This document shows positions 29,534-39,226 of a stretch of 64,000 nucleotides of DNA, piece after piece. The stretch covers positions 64,001-128,000 of the forward strand of contig JALGVJ010000003.1 of NCBI GenBank assembly GCA_029838195.1, given 5' to 3'. A program made the translations under genes and the position numbers. How positions within the stretch are numbered: position 1 is the first letter of the stretch; the number at the start of each line of letters is the position of its first letter. The notes beneath the pieces were generated by a model that was not told the DNA's origin, searched no databases, and saw only the letters and a program-made list of their open reading frames with translations. The stretch comes from Promethearchaeota archaeon. GTDB lineage: Archaea > Asgardarchaeota > Lokiarchaeia > Sigyniarchaeales > SOKP01.

Positions 29534-30835
29534 TTATGGCTCGTTTAAAAAATCTTCATCAGATACTTGTCTACTCAACAATCGTTGGAGTTTTTTAATT
29601 GGTATTTTTGTCGTGTTGCTTATCTTTTTTAAATCTTCATATTCAGGCTTCATGTTAATGGTTTTCTTTCCATTCTTGGTTTCTACAAATGAAATTTTAT
29701 GCCTAACTTGAAACTGAGTTTCATTAATCAGGATATTGTAGGGTCTTATTGTTCTATCAATGCAAACTCTCTCAATTATGTGAAACCTAACTCCTAGTGT
29801 ACCTAATTCTTCTATCATTTTTTCTATTATATCGAAGACATTATCGGGCTTGCATAATATTTTTATCACGTGAGAAGGTCTATTTTTTTTAGTCAAGGCA
29901 GGAATTACTTGAATATCCAGAATGTTTTCTTTTTCCATTATCTTGATGAAATTTCCAAGAATTTCACCGGTTATATCATCAACATCGGTTTCTAATTCAG
30001 CGATTTCTTCAATGTAATTTTTCAATCGTGCGAATTCGGGGTGTTCTAAGTTAGATTTTTCCATGATCCCGTGATATAAACGTAGAACGTTTAAAAATTC
30101 TTGAAATTTCTTTTGACCACACCCTTGACCTATTTTTTCAATTCTCATGCGGGGAAGGTGGTCTTTAAATTTTGGTTTTAAATTTGCAAGCAAGGCCGCT
30201 CCTGTAGGAGTCACGAGTTCTGAATCAATGGGGCCTCCTTCAACCCTTAATCCCGAATTTTCTATAATTTTAACCGTGGCTGGTGCCGGAACGGGTAGCA
30301 TGCCATGAGCTGTTTTTACAATTCCTCCTCCTAAGGGAAGGGTACTACAATAAATTTGAACCTCATTTTCAAATAGGTTCAAATCATCTAATGTTAAAGC
30401 CACGCCGGTAATATCTAATAATGTATCGATGGAACTTAATTCATGTAAATGAAGAGCCTCAATATTTTTTCCATGAACACTTGCCTCCGCATTAATTAAA
30501 CTAAGTAAAACTTTTTTAGCATAATGTTTTGCTTCTGCAGAAATTGGAACACTATTTAAGAACGCTTCTAAACTCTCTCGTAAAACATGAGCAGAGCGAT
30601 GATTTTTTTTTTCTTTAATTTTAACATCAAGTCGATTTACTATTAAACCCATGCGCTCCGTTTTTAATAAGTTAATCTCAAATTTAGACACGCCCGATAA
30701 AAATTGGGGCAATGTTCTCAACTGATTTAGAATCTTTTCTGAATTTGGTGTCAGCTCTAATAAGGAGGCTAAAAAAATGTCTCCCGAGATACCAGAATTT
30801 CTAGCATCGATATATAAACAATGGGTTTCCTTCAT
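29534..30835 (-). CDS. larC: nickel-pincer cofactor nickel insertase LarC (single ORF)
   Basis: SGISGD, AEASVHG, HLHELSSIDT, AHGMLPVPAPAT, ELVTPTGAA, LETDVDD, KKNRP, TLGVR and KPEYED. Confidence 0.93.
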   Translation of the reverse strand: MKETHCLYIDARNSGISGDIFLASLLELTPNSEKILNQLRTLPQFLSGVSKFEINLLKTERMGLIVNRLDVKIKEKKNHRSAHVLRESLEAFLNSVPISAEAKHYAKKVLLSLINAEASVHGKNIEALHLHELSSIDTLLDITGVALTLDDLNLFENEVQIYCSTLPLGGGIVKTAHGMLPVPAPATVKIIENSGLRVEGGPIDSELVTPTGAALLANLKPKFKDHLPRMRIEKIGQGCGQKKFQEFLNVLRLYHGIMEKSNLEHPEFARLKNYIEEIAELETDVDDITGEILGNFIKIMEKENILDIQVIPALTKKNRPSHVIKILCKPDNVFDIIEKMIEELGTLGVRFHIIERVCIDRTIRPYNILINETQFQVRHKISFVETKNGKKTINMKPEYEDLKKISNTTKIPIKKLQRLLSRQVSDEDFLNEP

Positions 30836-30985
30836 GGTTCATTAAATTGGTGGTAATGAGTTATATTATGAGTACATGTTTCCAATTCAAGATGACATGT
30901 ATAAAAATATTGTAAACTACTATAATATTATTAGCATGAATTATTATTTTTAATACATTAAAAAAATAAAAAAATTAAAAATCTC

Positions 30986-31720
30986 ATGTCTGAACTCCAA
31001 ACAATTAAGTGCTATTTGAATCAATTGCCCGCCACATTCCTAAAATTGCTTAACATCGAGCCTCCATTAGATATTATCCCAGCTCCCGTTAAGGATCTTT
31101 TAGATATATATCAAGGAATTAATAGAATTACCATTAACATGATTGATAATTTTGGCTTGTTTGAAATAACCTATCTCAAACCAGAATTTATGATCACCAA
31201 GTCTCAAGTCATGTTATTACTTTCTACCAAAAATCCATACACGCTTGGTGTTTTTCATCAGCTCATGTTTGGAGGGTTTGAAACGGAACCGAAGGGATTT
31301 CATTTTTTAAAATATCTTAATAAGAAAGGCAAGAAATCTTGCCTTATCATGAGAAAAAAGGATTTAGAGCGATATGATGGAGGAACTCTTTCGATTGCTA
31401 AAAATTCTGATATGGAAACGTGGGTAGAATCCGCAAAAATCATTAATAATTATGATCTCTCATGGATGCATTATTTAGATTTCGAAAATCTTCACAAAAC
31501 CCAACAAAAATTAATGCAAAGGACGCCTGAAGAATTAATACAAAAATTATTGATCCGAACAGATAAATGGATCTTGGGAAATTTCAAACAATTAAGAAAC
31601 AATTCCCTCATGGTAATCATTGGAACCCATGGAAGAGCTAAGATGGATTTTAAATATTCCGGAAAAATAGCTCAGTGGCGAGAAGCTAGCGTTCCAATTG
31701 CCATTTTCATTAAAAAATAA
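30986..31720 (+). CDS. divergent alkaline-phosphatase-superfamily protein
   Basis: IDNFG, STKNPYT, HYLDFENLH and IIGTHG occur in AP/NPP core motif order but are degenerate. Confidence 0.55.
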   Translation: MSELQTIKCYLNQLPATFLKLLNIEPPLDIIPAPVKDLLDIYQGINRITINMIDNFGLFEITYLKPEFMITKSQVMLLLSTKNPYTLGVFHQLMFGGFETEPKGFHFLKYLNKKGKKSCLIMRKKDLERYDGGTLSIAKNSDMETWVESAKIINNYDLSWMHYLDFENLHKTQQKLMQRTPEELIQKLLIRTDKWILGNFKQLRNNSLMVIIGTHGRAKMDFKYSGKIAQWREASVPIAIFIKK

Positions 31721-31768
31721 ATTTTGATAATATTTTTCATAATACGATTCCTATTTATTTTGAATAAG

Positions 31769-32329
31769 ATGGGAGAAAAAGAATACGAGCGGTTTACAGT
31801 CTCTCTTCCCAAAAAACTTTTCAAAGAATTTGAAACCTTTAGAAAAAAAATCAAACTTTCTCGCTCAGAAAGCATCCGAAAAGCAATGGGTATCTATATG
31901 GCAAATGAAGAGAAATATTTTAAATTCTCTGGAAATGTCGTAGGATGCATTACCCTGATATATCGTCATGAACATTTTCTCTTACGGGATGAGCACGAGC
32001 ATGACCATTTAAAAAACGATTCCTTGCCCGGTGATAATTCCGAATCTGAAAATATTCCCCAAAATAATGATCTTCATGAACATGATTATTCTATAGGAAG
32101 TATTTATGCAGATGTTTTTCAAACGGATTTGATAAAGAAAAATGACATTGCTCACCATTTTATAGACATCATTATCTCCACCATGCACGTGCATCTATCG
32201 TTTGATAAATGCTTGGAAATTATAGCCGTGCGAGGATCAATAGAACGAATAAAAAAGTATAAATACGCTTTAGAACAATTAAAGAGTGCAATTTCCGTAC
32301 AACTCCAAATTGTTGAACAACAAATCTGA
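31769..32329 (+). CDS. nikR: NikR-family nickel-responsive regulator with His-rich insertion
   Basis: RHH domain RFTVSLP...SRSESIRKAM and metal-binding STMHVHLSFDKCLEII. ATG 31769 is preferred over the upstream TTG 31724. Confidence 0.88.
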   Translation: MGEKEYERFTVSLPKKLFKEFETFRKKIKLSRSESIRKAMGIYMANEEKYFKFSGNVVGCITLIYRHEHFLLRDEHEHDHLKNDSLPGDNSESENIPQNNDLHEHDYSIGSIYADVFQTDLIKKNDIAHHFIDIIISTMHVHLSFDKCLEIIAVRGSIERIKKYKYALEQLKSAISVQLQIVEQQI

Positions 32330-32630
32330 AAAATCTTAAGACGTGCTTATTGAATCCTTCCATGATTGAGAAAGAAGATCAAAAAAAAGAAGGAAGAGAG
32401 GGGGATGTGCGAATAAAAATTTCTTACAAGTTAAAAATAAGAAAAAATTAAGGCGATTGGAAAGAAATTTTTATTCTTTACATGTGGTCGTGTTTGAAAA
32501 TATTATCTTATAATAGTTAATAAATGGTTGGATCCCGCTGATTTTCTGATTTATGATAAAAGGATAATAATAATTGAAAAAATAAAGATTAAAAAAAATA
32601 AGAATTAATTTATCTGTTAATTTTAAGTTT

Positions 32631-32840
32631 TTATAAATCTTTTTCTTGTACTGTTTTTCGGCCGTTCGCTTTTGCCCTTGCTATTGCTCTATCCAAGATA
32701 TCCATGATGACTTTATTTAAGGAATCGCCATCAATCAAATCTCCACTCGTGTTGCAGCCTTTTGATTTGATATATTCACGGATTTTGCTTTTAACAAAAA
32801 GGGTGTCCGAACCGGCTTTTGCAGCAGCTTTTTTAGCCAT
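32631..32840 (-). CDS. histone-fold protein (alpha3-truncated type) with short Lys/Ala N-terminal tail
   Basis: VKSKIREYIK...AIARAKANGRKTVQEKDL; strong AGGAGG SD. Confidence 0.88.
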   Translation of the reverse strand: MAKKAAAKAGSDTLFVKSKIREYIKSKGCNTSGDLIDGDSLNKVIMDILDRAIARAKANGRKTVQEKDL

Positions 32841-33263
32841 TTTTATTCCTCCTTTATTTTTTATTAAATAAATATTGTTTTTTAAATAATAATGTGAAAA
32901 ACTTATTTAAAAAGTTTTAGTTAAATTCTTCATAAATGATGAATAAATCCTCTTATGAGAACGTCTAGATCTAAAATTTTACGAATAATTTTTCTCCAAA
33001 AAATACGGCTTCCAAGGCTTTTTCATTGAATCATAAATTTATAATTTGAAATTGAGCTTTTTTTTTCGCTATTTTCATAATAAACTTTTTCATTTTAACT
33101 AAAATCAAGTCTCACGGCTGTTTTTCATCATCAATAATTATTTATTAAAACACTCCCTTTAAACATCATTGTCCTAATAGAACATATAAAGTGAGATTCA
33201 TTATTCATGATAAATTCTTTTTAAAATATTTAATAATCAAACGAGTATCTTCAAGCAAAAAAA

Positions 33264-34262
33264 ATGTCCCGAATCATTTTTTCAAGAGCTCCCGTACGTA
33301 TTAATGATATAGGGGGCTGGACAGATACGTGGTTTTATCCTAATGGAGCTGTTTTTAATTTTGCAATAAATCTTTATAGTCACGTGCGCCTACAAGAATC
33401 TTCAGATGAGAAAATAAAAATTTATAGTGAAAATCTGGATTTAAATACAGAAATAGCCAATTATCGAAAAATAGAATATGATGGAATTTTAGATCTTCTA
33501 AAAGCCGCAGTAAAACGGATGGAGGTGAGAACAGGATTAGATATCCACGTCAGAGCCGATGCACCACCCGGCAGTGGAATTGGGACAAGTGCAAGTGTAG
33601 CAGTGGCTTTAATAGCCGCTTTAACAAAATTCAAGGGAGAAATGATGGTGCCCCATGAAATAGCGGAATTAGCTCATAAACTCGAAACCGAAGAATTAAA
33701 ATTAGAGAGTGGTGTTCAAGACCAATACGCATCGGCCTATGGGGGAATAAATTTCATGGAATTTGATTATCCTCGTGTTAAATTATCCCCCGTGCGAATT
33801 AGTGAACAAAAAATATGTCAAATCGAATCTCAAATGATACTCGTATATTTGAGTTCAAGAAGCTCAAGTGAAATGCATAAAAACGTGATTAAGAAATATT
33901 TAGAGGGTGATAAAAACATTCAACAAGCATTTGATATTTTAAAAAATTGTGCTTACAAGATGAAAAATGCGATTAAGGCGAACGATTTAAATGAGATTGG
34001 CGCTGTAATGAATGAGAATTGGGAAGCCCAGAAAATGCTCCACCCTTTAATGGTTAATGACGATATTTTAAAATTAGAAAAAATCGCATTTTCTAATGGA
34101 GCTATTGGTTTTAAAAACAACGGGGCAGGGGGAGGTGGTTCGATTACAATATTAGCGGATATTGGGAAAGAACATGAAATAAAGAAAAATTTAATTAATG
34201 CTGGGTTCACTTTATTTCCCATTAATTTAAATTTCAATGGCGTGCAAACATGGGAACTGTGA
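33264..34262 (+). CDS. GHMP-family sugar kinase (HddA/heptose-7-phosphate kinase-like)
   Basis: SRAPVRI..GGWTD, PPGSGIGTSAS, GVQDQYA and GAGGGG. Confidence 0.9.
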   Translation: MSRIIFSRAPVRINDIGGWTDTWFYPNGAVFNFAINLYSHVRLQESSDEKIKIYSENLDLNTEIANYRKIEYDGILDLLKAAVKRMEVRTGLDIHVRADAPPGSGIGTSASVAVALIAALTKFKGEMMVPHEIAELAHKLETEELKLESGVQDQYASAYGGINFMEFDYPRVKLSPVRISEQKICQIESQMILVYLSSRSSSEMHKNVIKKYLEGDKNIQQAFDILKNCAYKMKNAIKANDLNEIGAVMNENWEAQKMLHPLMVNDDILKLEKIAFSNGAIGFKNNGAGGGGSITILADIGKEHEIKKNLINAGFTLFPINLNFNGVQTWEL

Positions 34263-34594
34263 TGCATTTTTTTTTTAAATGATTAATTTTAAGAAATTCG
34301 AACTTTAACGAAAAATCCATGTAAAAATTAACTTTGTTTCCAATAACTTATTTTTAATTTAAGAATTTTTGATTGGTATTTCATGATTGTTCTCTAACGT
34401 GAAATCCATCACCCTCTTCCTTGTTAATATAATAAAATGCTAGGTTTTAAAAACAATATTAAAAATTTATAAATATATGAATATAATATTTTACATGAGA
34501 GATAAAAAGAAGATTGATGAAGTAATGAAATAAATGAGAAAGTGAATCCTTCTTTGATTTCTTCTAAAAACAAGGCAATAAAACGTGAAATGCC

Positions 34595-35287
34595 ATGAAG
34601 ATCAATAAAAATGATGGTATAACGGAGATCAAGCTTCTATATTGGGGAATGGCAGGGTCCGGTAAAACTACCATCATCGATACCTTATATAAAATTACTA
34701 AATCTCAGAAAAAAGAAATGGGACAGCTCATTTCAATCGAACCGAAAGGCGAACTGAAAAAAATAGGGGCAAAAAGCGGTGCTACTTTATATTTTGATAG
34801 AGGATTTTTTCAATCGAAATTTCATAAAACCGTCAATTATCACGTATTTACGGTTGCTGGACAAAATAGTTTTTCTCCCCTTCGATTAAGAATATTTGAG
34901 GGTACGGATGGCGTGATTTTTGTCGTGGATTCGCAAACGCATTTTTTTGAAGATAATATTGAATCTTTAAAAGAATTGAAAAATGTAGCACGAGGAAAAC
35001 TCATTACAGAAATTCCTCTCATTGTCATGTTAAATAAACAAGACCTTGAAAACGTGATTCACGTAGAAGATTTCATTCAAGTTCTAAAAAATGAGAAACT
35101 TTGGAACGAACCAAATGATGAATTATATATGTGGAATCCCATTATATATGAAACATGTGCTCTTTTTGATAAAAAGAAAAATATTTATCAAAGTTTTTCT
35201 GAACTAGCAAGACGGACTCAAATTTACAAGACTTATGGAAAAGGGAAAGCTCCCTTGAAAGAAATCATGTCTGACGTCCCAATTTAA
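34595..35287 (+). CDS. small GTPase, MglA-like
   Basis: G1 GMAGSGKTT, TLYFD, TVAGQ, DGVIFVVDS, NKQD and TCA. Confidence 0.88.
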   Translation: MKINKNDGITEIKLLYWGMAGSGKTTIIDTLYKITKSQKKEMGQLISIEPKGELKKIGAKSGATLYFDRGFFQSKFHKTVNYHVFTVAGQNSFSPLRLRIFEGTDGVIFVVDSQTHFFEDNIESLKELKNVARGKLITEIPLIVMLNKQDLENVIHVEDFIQVLKNEKLWNEPNDELYMWNPIIYETCALFDKKKNIYQSFSELARRTQIYKTYGKGKAPLKEIMSDVPI

Positions 35288-35614
35288 AGGTTCAATAAAA
35301 CTTAAAAGCACGAAAATTTTTGTTATTGGTTTTCTTAGATTTCATGAAAAATTTGAGTTCATGGAAAAAAAGCAAAACCAATTCTTTCCATTTAAGATGT
35401 GATTGATACAAATATCACTGAGAACATTTCATGGTATGTTCATTTATACCTTAAAATCTCGTCTTTTTAAACTAGCTACTCGTGAAAAAAAATAAATTAG
35501 AACTTATCTCTTTATTAAACAAATGATTCAATGATAATTTATTTTTTATAAAGACTACGTTAAAATAGTTTTTAAAGTTAAATTCAAATAAATAAAGAAA
35601 ATAGGGTATCAAGC

Positions 35615-36118
35615 ATGACAAAATCAGAAGAAAATTTAAAAACTGCTTTTGCGGGTGAAAGCCAAGCTAATCGCAAATATTTAGCTTTTGCCGGGCAAGC
35701 AGAGAAAGAGGGCTTTCCCCAAGTAGCAAAATTGTTTCGAGCAGCAGCCACCGCTGAAACTATTCACGCTCATAATCACCTTAGAACTTTAGGAGGTATA
35801 AAAAGCACTCGTGAGAACTTGAAGGAAGCCATAGGAGGAGAGTATTACGAATTTAATGAAATGTATCCTAAATTTTTAGAGGATGCAAAAAATGAAGGAA
35901 ATAAGGATGCAGAACGGACCTTTTATTTTGCTAATGAAGTCGAAAAAATTCATTATGGATTGTATGAAAAAGCTTTAAAAGCGGTAGAAGCAGGTAAGGA
36001 CTTAGAAAAAAAAGAGGTGCGTGTATGTCCCGTCTGTGGGTATACCGTAGAGGGAGATGTTCCCGATAAATGTCCGGTATGTGGAACCCCAGGTTCCAAG
36101 TTCCAATTCATTCAATAA
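35615..36118 (+). CDS. rbr: rubrerythrin
   Basis: AFAGESQANRKY, ETIHA, EVEKIH and C-terminal CPVCGY...CPVCG. Confidence 0.95.
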   Translation: MTKSEENLKTAFAGESQANRKYLAFAGQAEKEGFPQVAKLFRAAATAETIHAHNHLRTLGGIKSTRENLKEAIGGEYYEFNEMYPKFLEDAKNEGNKDAERTFYFANEVEKIHYGLYEKALKAVEAGKDLEKKEVRVCPVCGYTVEGDVPDKCPVCGTPGSKFQFIQ

Positions 36119-36152
36119 ACAATTTCGCTTTTTTTATTTTATCTTATTTTTT

Positions 36153-37742
36153 TCAAGAATAAAGTTTCCACGGTTGGTGTCCTTTTTTTATTTTTAGAAA
36201 ATAAGAATCCATGGAAAAGCCCAACAATTTTTCAGCTCTTCTTAAAGCACCAAAATTAGCTCCTTGTTGGTAATAACATTCTAATAACTCTCCCATTTTT
36301 TCATCTCCTAATGAAATAAATGCCTGAAGTCTGGCCTTATTTAATATATTTTTTGCGTTCTTAAAATTTATCTTAATGGATTTTACCTTTTTCAATCCTT
36401 TTTCTAATTTTTGATAAGATTGGAGTAAATATTGAATATTTTCTTTTAATAAATGGGTTATTTCAAATTGAAACGGCGTATTAAATTTTGGAATGAAGGG
36501 GTTTACGTTTATTCTTAACGCATGCTTTTCAAATCCTAAGGCATTAATTTGTAATACTAATGAAATGATATTTTCAATATCTTCCTCAGTTTCATTCGGA
36601 AGACCAATTAAAAAATAAAACTTGATATTCCTTATCTGCGATTCTCTGAGGCGTTTAATCGTATTGAGAATCATGACATCCGAAATATTCTTTCCGATGG
36701 ACCTCCTTAATGCTTCTGATCCCGTTTCCGGAGCAATCGTGATGGTCTTGATACCTACTTGTTCCATGAGAGAAATGTTTTCTTTGGTGAGATGTTCTAT
36801 TCGAATGGAAGGAAGCGTAAAACTTAAGCCACTGTTCAATACCTTCTTACAAATATCTGTAAATCGAGGATGAGCTGAAACGCATGACCCAATAAAAGCT
36901 ATAACATCAAAAACGCCCATTTTTTTACATGCTTCAATTTCTTCAAAAATTTTCTCAATACTCTTATTTCGAAAAGGATAATTATGAAAAGACGATAAGC
37001 AAAATTTGCATTGAAATGGACATCCCCTATTCACTTCAATGAAATAATGATGTTGAAAGGTCCCCTTGCGTTCTATTTTTGGAAAACTTGATTGAGGGAT
37101 GGGAGAAGGAGAATCATCTAAATTTTCTAATATTGCTCTTTTTACCGGATTTTTTAATCTCGGAATATATACTCCCGGTAATTGTTTTATTTTATTTAAG
37201 AATTCCCTGTTCGTAATTATTTCTTGGTTCCATTCTAAATAATGGTTAAGAAATGTTAATAAACTTGGCTCCGCATCTCCGATAAAGAACACATCAAAAA
37301 ATTTAGTAAAAGGCAAGGGATTTGAGGTAATGACGGGCCCTCCTCCAATAATGAGAGGAAGCCTTTCATTTCGATTTTTTTGCTCCCAGAAAGGAGCGTT
37401 CTTCTTGCTTAAACATGAAGCATTTTCTAAAATCCACAATACATTACGATAATCATTTTCAAATTGAATGCTAAATCCTAAAATGTCTAAATCTTTTAAT
37501 AAAAGTTGATGTTCAAGAGTCCTTACGGGCTCGTGATAATACTTATGACGTGAATGAGGATACCTGATATGGTCGGGTAAAAAAACACGTTCACATGCCA
37601 TGTTTTCTTGCGAGTTGATCATGAAATAAAGAAGACGAATGGCATGAGAGGACATTCCAATCTCTTGAATGTTAGGATAAGTCAATCCAAAAATGAGATC
37701 CACTCGATTTAGATCCTTTTTCACGGAAAACTTGGAAAACAT
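36153..37742 (-). CDS. radical SAM protein (B12-binding-domain-like family)
   Basis: EVNRGCPFQCKFC (CxxxCxxC), GGP...NP, IGDAE, TIAPETGSE and FLIGLPNET. Confidence 0.9.
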   Translation of the reverse strand: MFSKFSVKKDLNRVDLIFGLTYPNIQEIGMSSHAIRLLYFMINSQENMACERVFLPDHIRYPHSRHKYYHEPVRTLEHQLLLKDLDILGFSIQFENDYRNVLWILENASCLSKKNAPFWEQKNRNERLPLIIGGGPVITSNPLPFTKFFDVFFIGDAEPSLLTFLNHYLEWNQEIITNREFLNKIKQLPGVYIPRLKNPVKRAILENLDDSPSPIPQSSFPKIERKGTFQHHYFIEVNRGCPFQCKFCLSSFHNYPFRNKSIEKIFEEIEACKKMGVFDVIAFIGSCVSAHPRFTDICKKVLNSGLSFTLPSIRIEHLTKENISLMEQVGIKTITIAPETGSEALRRSIGKNISDVMILNTIKRLRESQIRNIKFYFLIGLPNETEEDIENIISLVLQINALGFEKHALRINVNPFIPKFNTPFQFEITHLLKENIQYLLQSYQKLEKGLKKVKSIKINFKNAKNILNKARLQAFISLGDEKMGELLECYYQQGANFGALRRAEKLLGFSMDSYFLKIKKGHQPWKLYS

Positions 37743-37768
37743 GGGTTTTCATAAAAGAAATAAAATAT

Positions 37769-38575
37769 TTACGATGTTGACTCAGATTCCGATTCGGATT
37801 TCATTCTCTTTATTTCTTCTACTATGAGGGGTAATATTTTCCCTGTTTTATGGTGAATGACAACTTCTGCTCTCTCATCAAGATACGTGGGTTCATCATT
37901 TACAATGATCAATTTTCCCCGTTCTTGCAATGTATATAGGGGGAGATTGCAAACAGGTGCCACCGAAAGCGAAGAACCCGCAATTAACATGACATCTGCC
38001 TTCTGGGCTAACGCTTGAGATTGATATATCTCAAAAGTAGGTAAACTTTCTCCAAATAACACTACGGAGGGTTTTAATGGGGCTGCGCAAATATCGCATA
38101 ACGGCGGATATTGTTTCTCTTTCTTCAATTTTCTCATTACTTGATCTTTAGTATAAGAAGCACGACAACCAAAGCAGTTAAACCTATTTATGTTACCATG
38201 AACCTCATAGACCATGACAGAACCCGCTTTTTGATGCAATTCATCCACATTTTGCGTGATAATAGCCTTTATAATATTCATTTTTTCTAATTCTGATAAT
38301 GCAATATGTCCCGCATTCGGTTTTGCTTTAAACAAAGTAGGTGCTATTTTTTCTGCTAACTTCCAAAATTTCGTGGGATCCTTGATATAAGATCTAATGT
38401 TGCTATAAATATCAGGATCATATTTTTTCCACAATCCACTTTCTGATCGGAAATCGGGAATGCCACTTTCCGTCGAAATGCCCGCTCCGGTTAATGCTAT
38501 GGCATTTTTTGAATTATATAGCAACTCTGCCGCTCTAATGATCTTCTTCCGTTCGGCTAATTTAATGATTTTCAT
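37769..38575 (-). CDS. cobB: Sir2-family NAD-dependent deacylase
   Basis: GAGISTESGIPDFR, TQNVDELHQKAG, HG, CxxC...CxxC and GSSL. Confidence 0.94.
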   Translation of the reverse strand: MKIIKLAERKKIIRAAELLYNSKNAIALTGAGISTESGIPDFRSESGLWKKYDPDIYSNIRSYIKDPTKFWKLAEKIAPTLFKAKPNAGHIALSELEKMNIIKAIITQNVDELHQKAGSVMVYEVHGNINRFNCFGCRASYTKDQVMRKLKKEKQYPPLCDICAAPLKPSVVLFGESLPTFEIYQSQALAQKADVMLIAGSSLSVAPVCNLPLYTLQERGKLIIVNDEPTYLDERAEVVIHHKTGKILPLIVEEIKRMKSESESESTS

Positions 38576-39226
38576 GATAGTTAAATTTAATTTAAACTAT
38601 AGTATTAAAAAATAATATTATATTAAACTTCTTTTCTTTAATTTATAAACTTTCCTCTAATTTCTCTCTTACTTTTTAAATGAATCCCATTCCATTATTG
38701 TGTAAGTTTTTTTTTTTTCCTATATTTCATTAGCCCCATATTTTATTCTTTTCTAATTCAAACTTACTTTCTAAGAAATATCCGGATGAAATGATCGATT
38801 GATACATGAGAAGAATATAAAAGAATAAGAATTAAGTAAAAAATATAGTTATAAATATTCTATTTTCTACCTTTCGCCTTATTACCCTTGCTCAGTGTTA
38901 GTTCAATTAATTTTTTCGTGTTTATTCTCTCTTGACAAAGAATACAAGATAAAGAATTCAATAAATTTTAAATGTAATTCTTATCCTTCTTGATAATAAA
39001 AAAGGATAATTACATTTCTCTTCAATTAGCTACGGCGTAAAAAATTTTTTCAAATGTCCATTACATTTGAAAGTATCTTGAATGCATTGGAACTCTGTTA
39101 TAGGCTATTTTAAAACCCATCACCAGCCTATTTTTGCCACGCCTCCAGTATTCTTTTCCCAATTGCTCTGATTTTTCAAGAATAAAAATCTAAACCTTTT
39201 TATATGTTTCTCATGTTTAGGTTCTT

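Noticed and set aside
29534-30835. Programmed frameshift in larC
   Set aside because: Both LarC domains are in one continuous frame here.
38580-39220. Long intergenic gap as a hidden gene or IS remnant
   Set aside because: It contains only short frames with no recognisable motif or terminal repeats.
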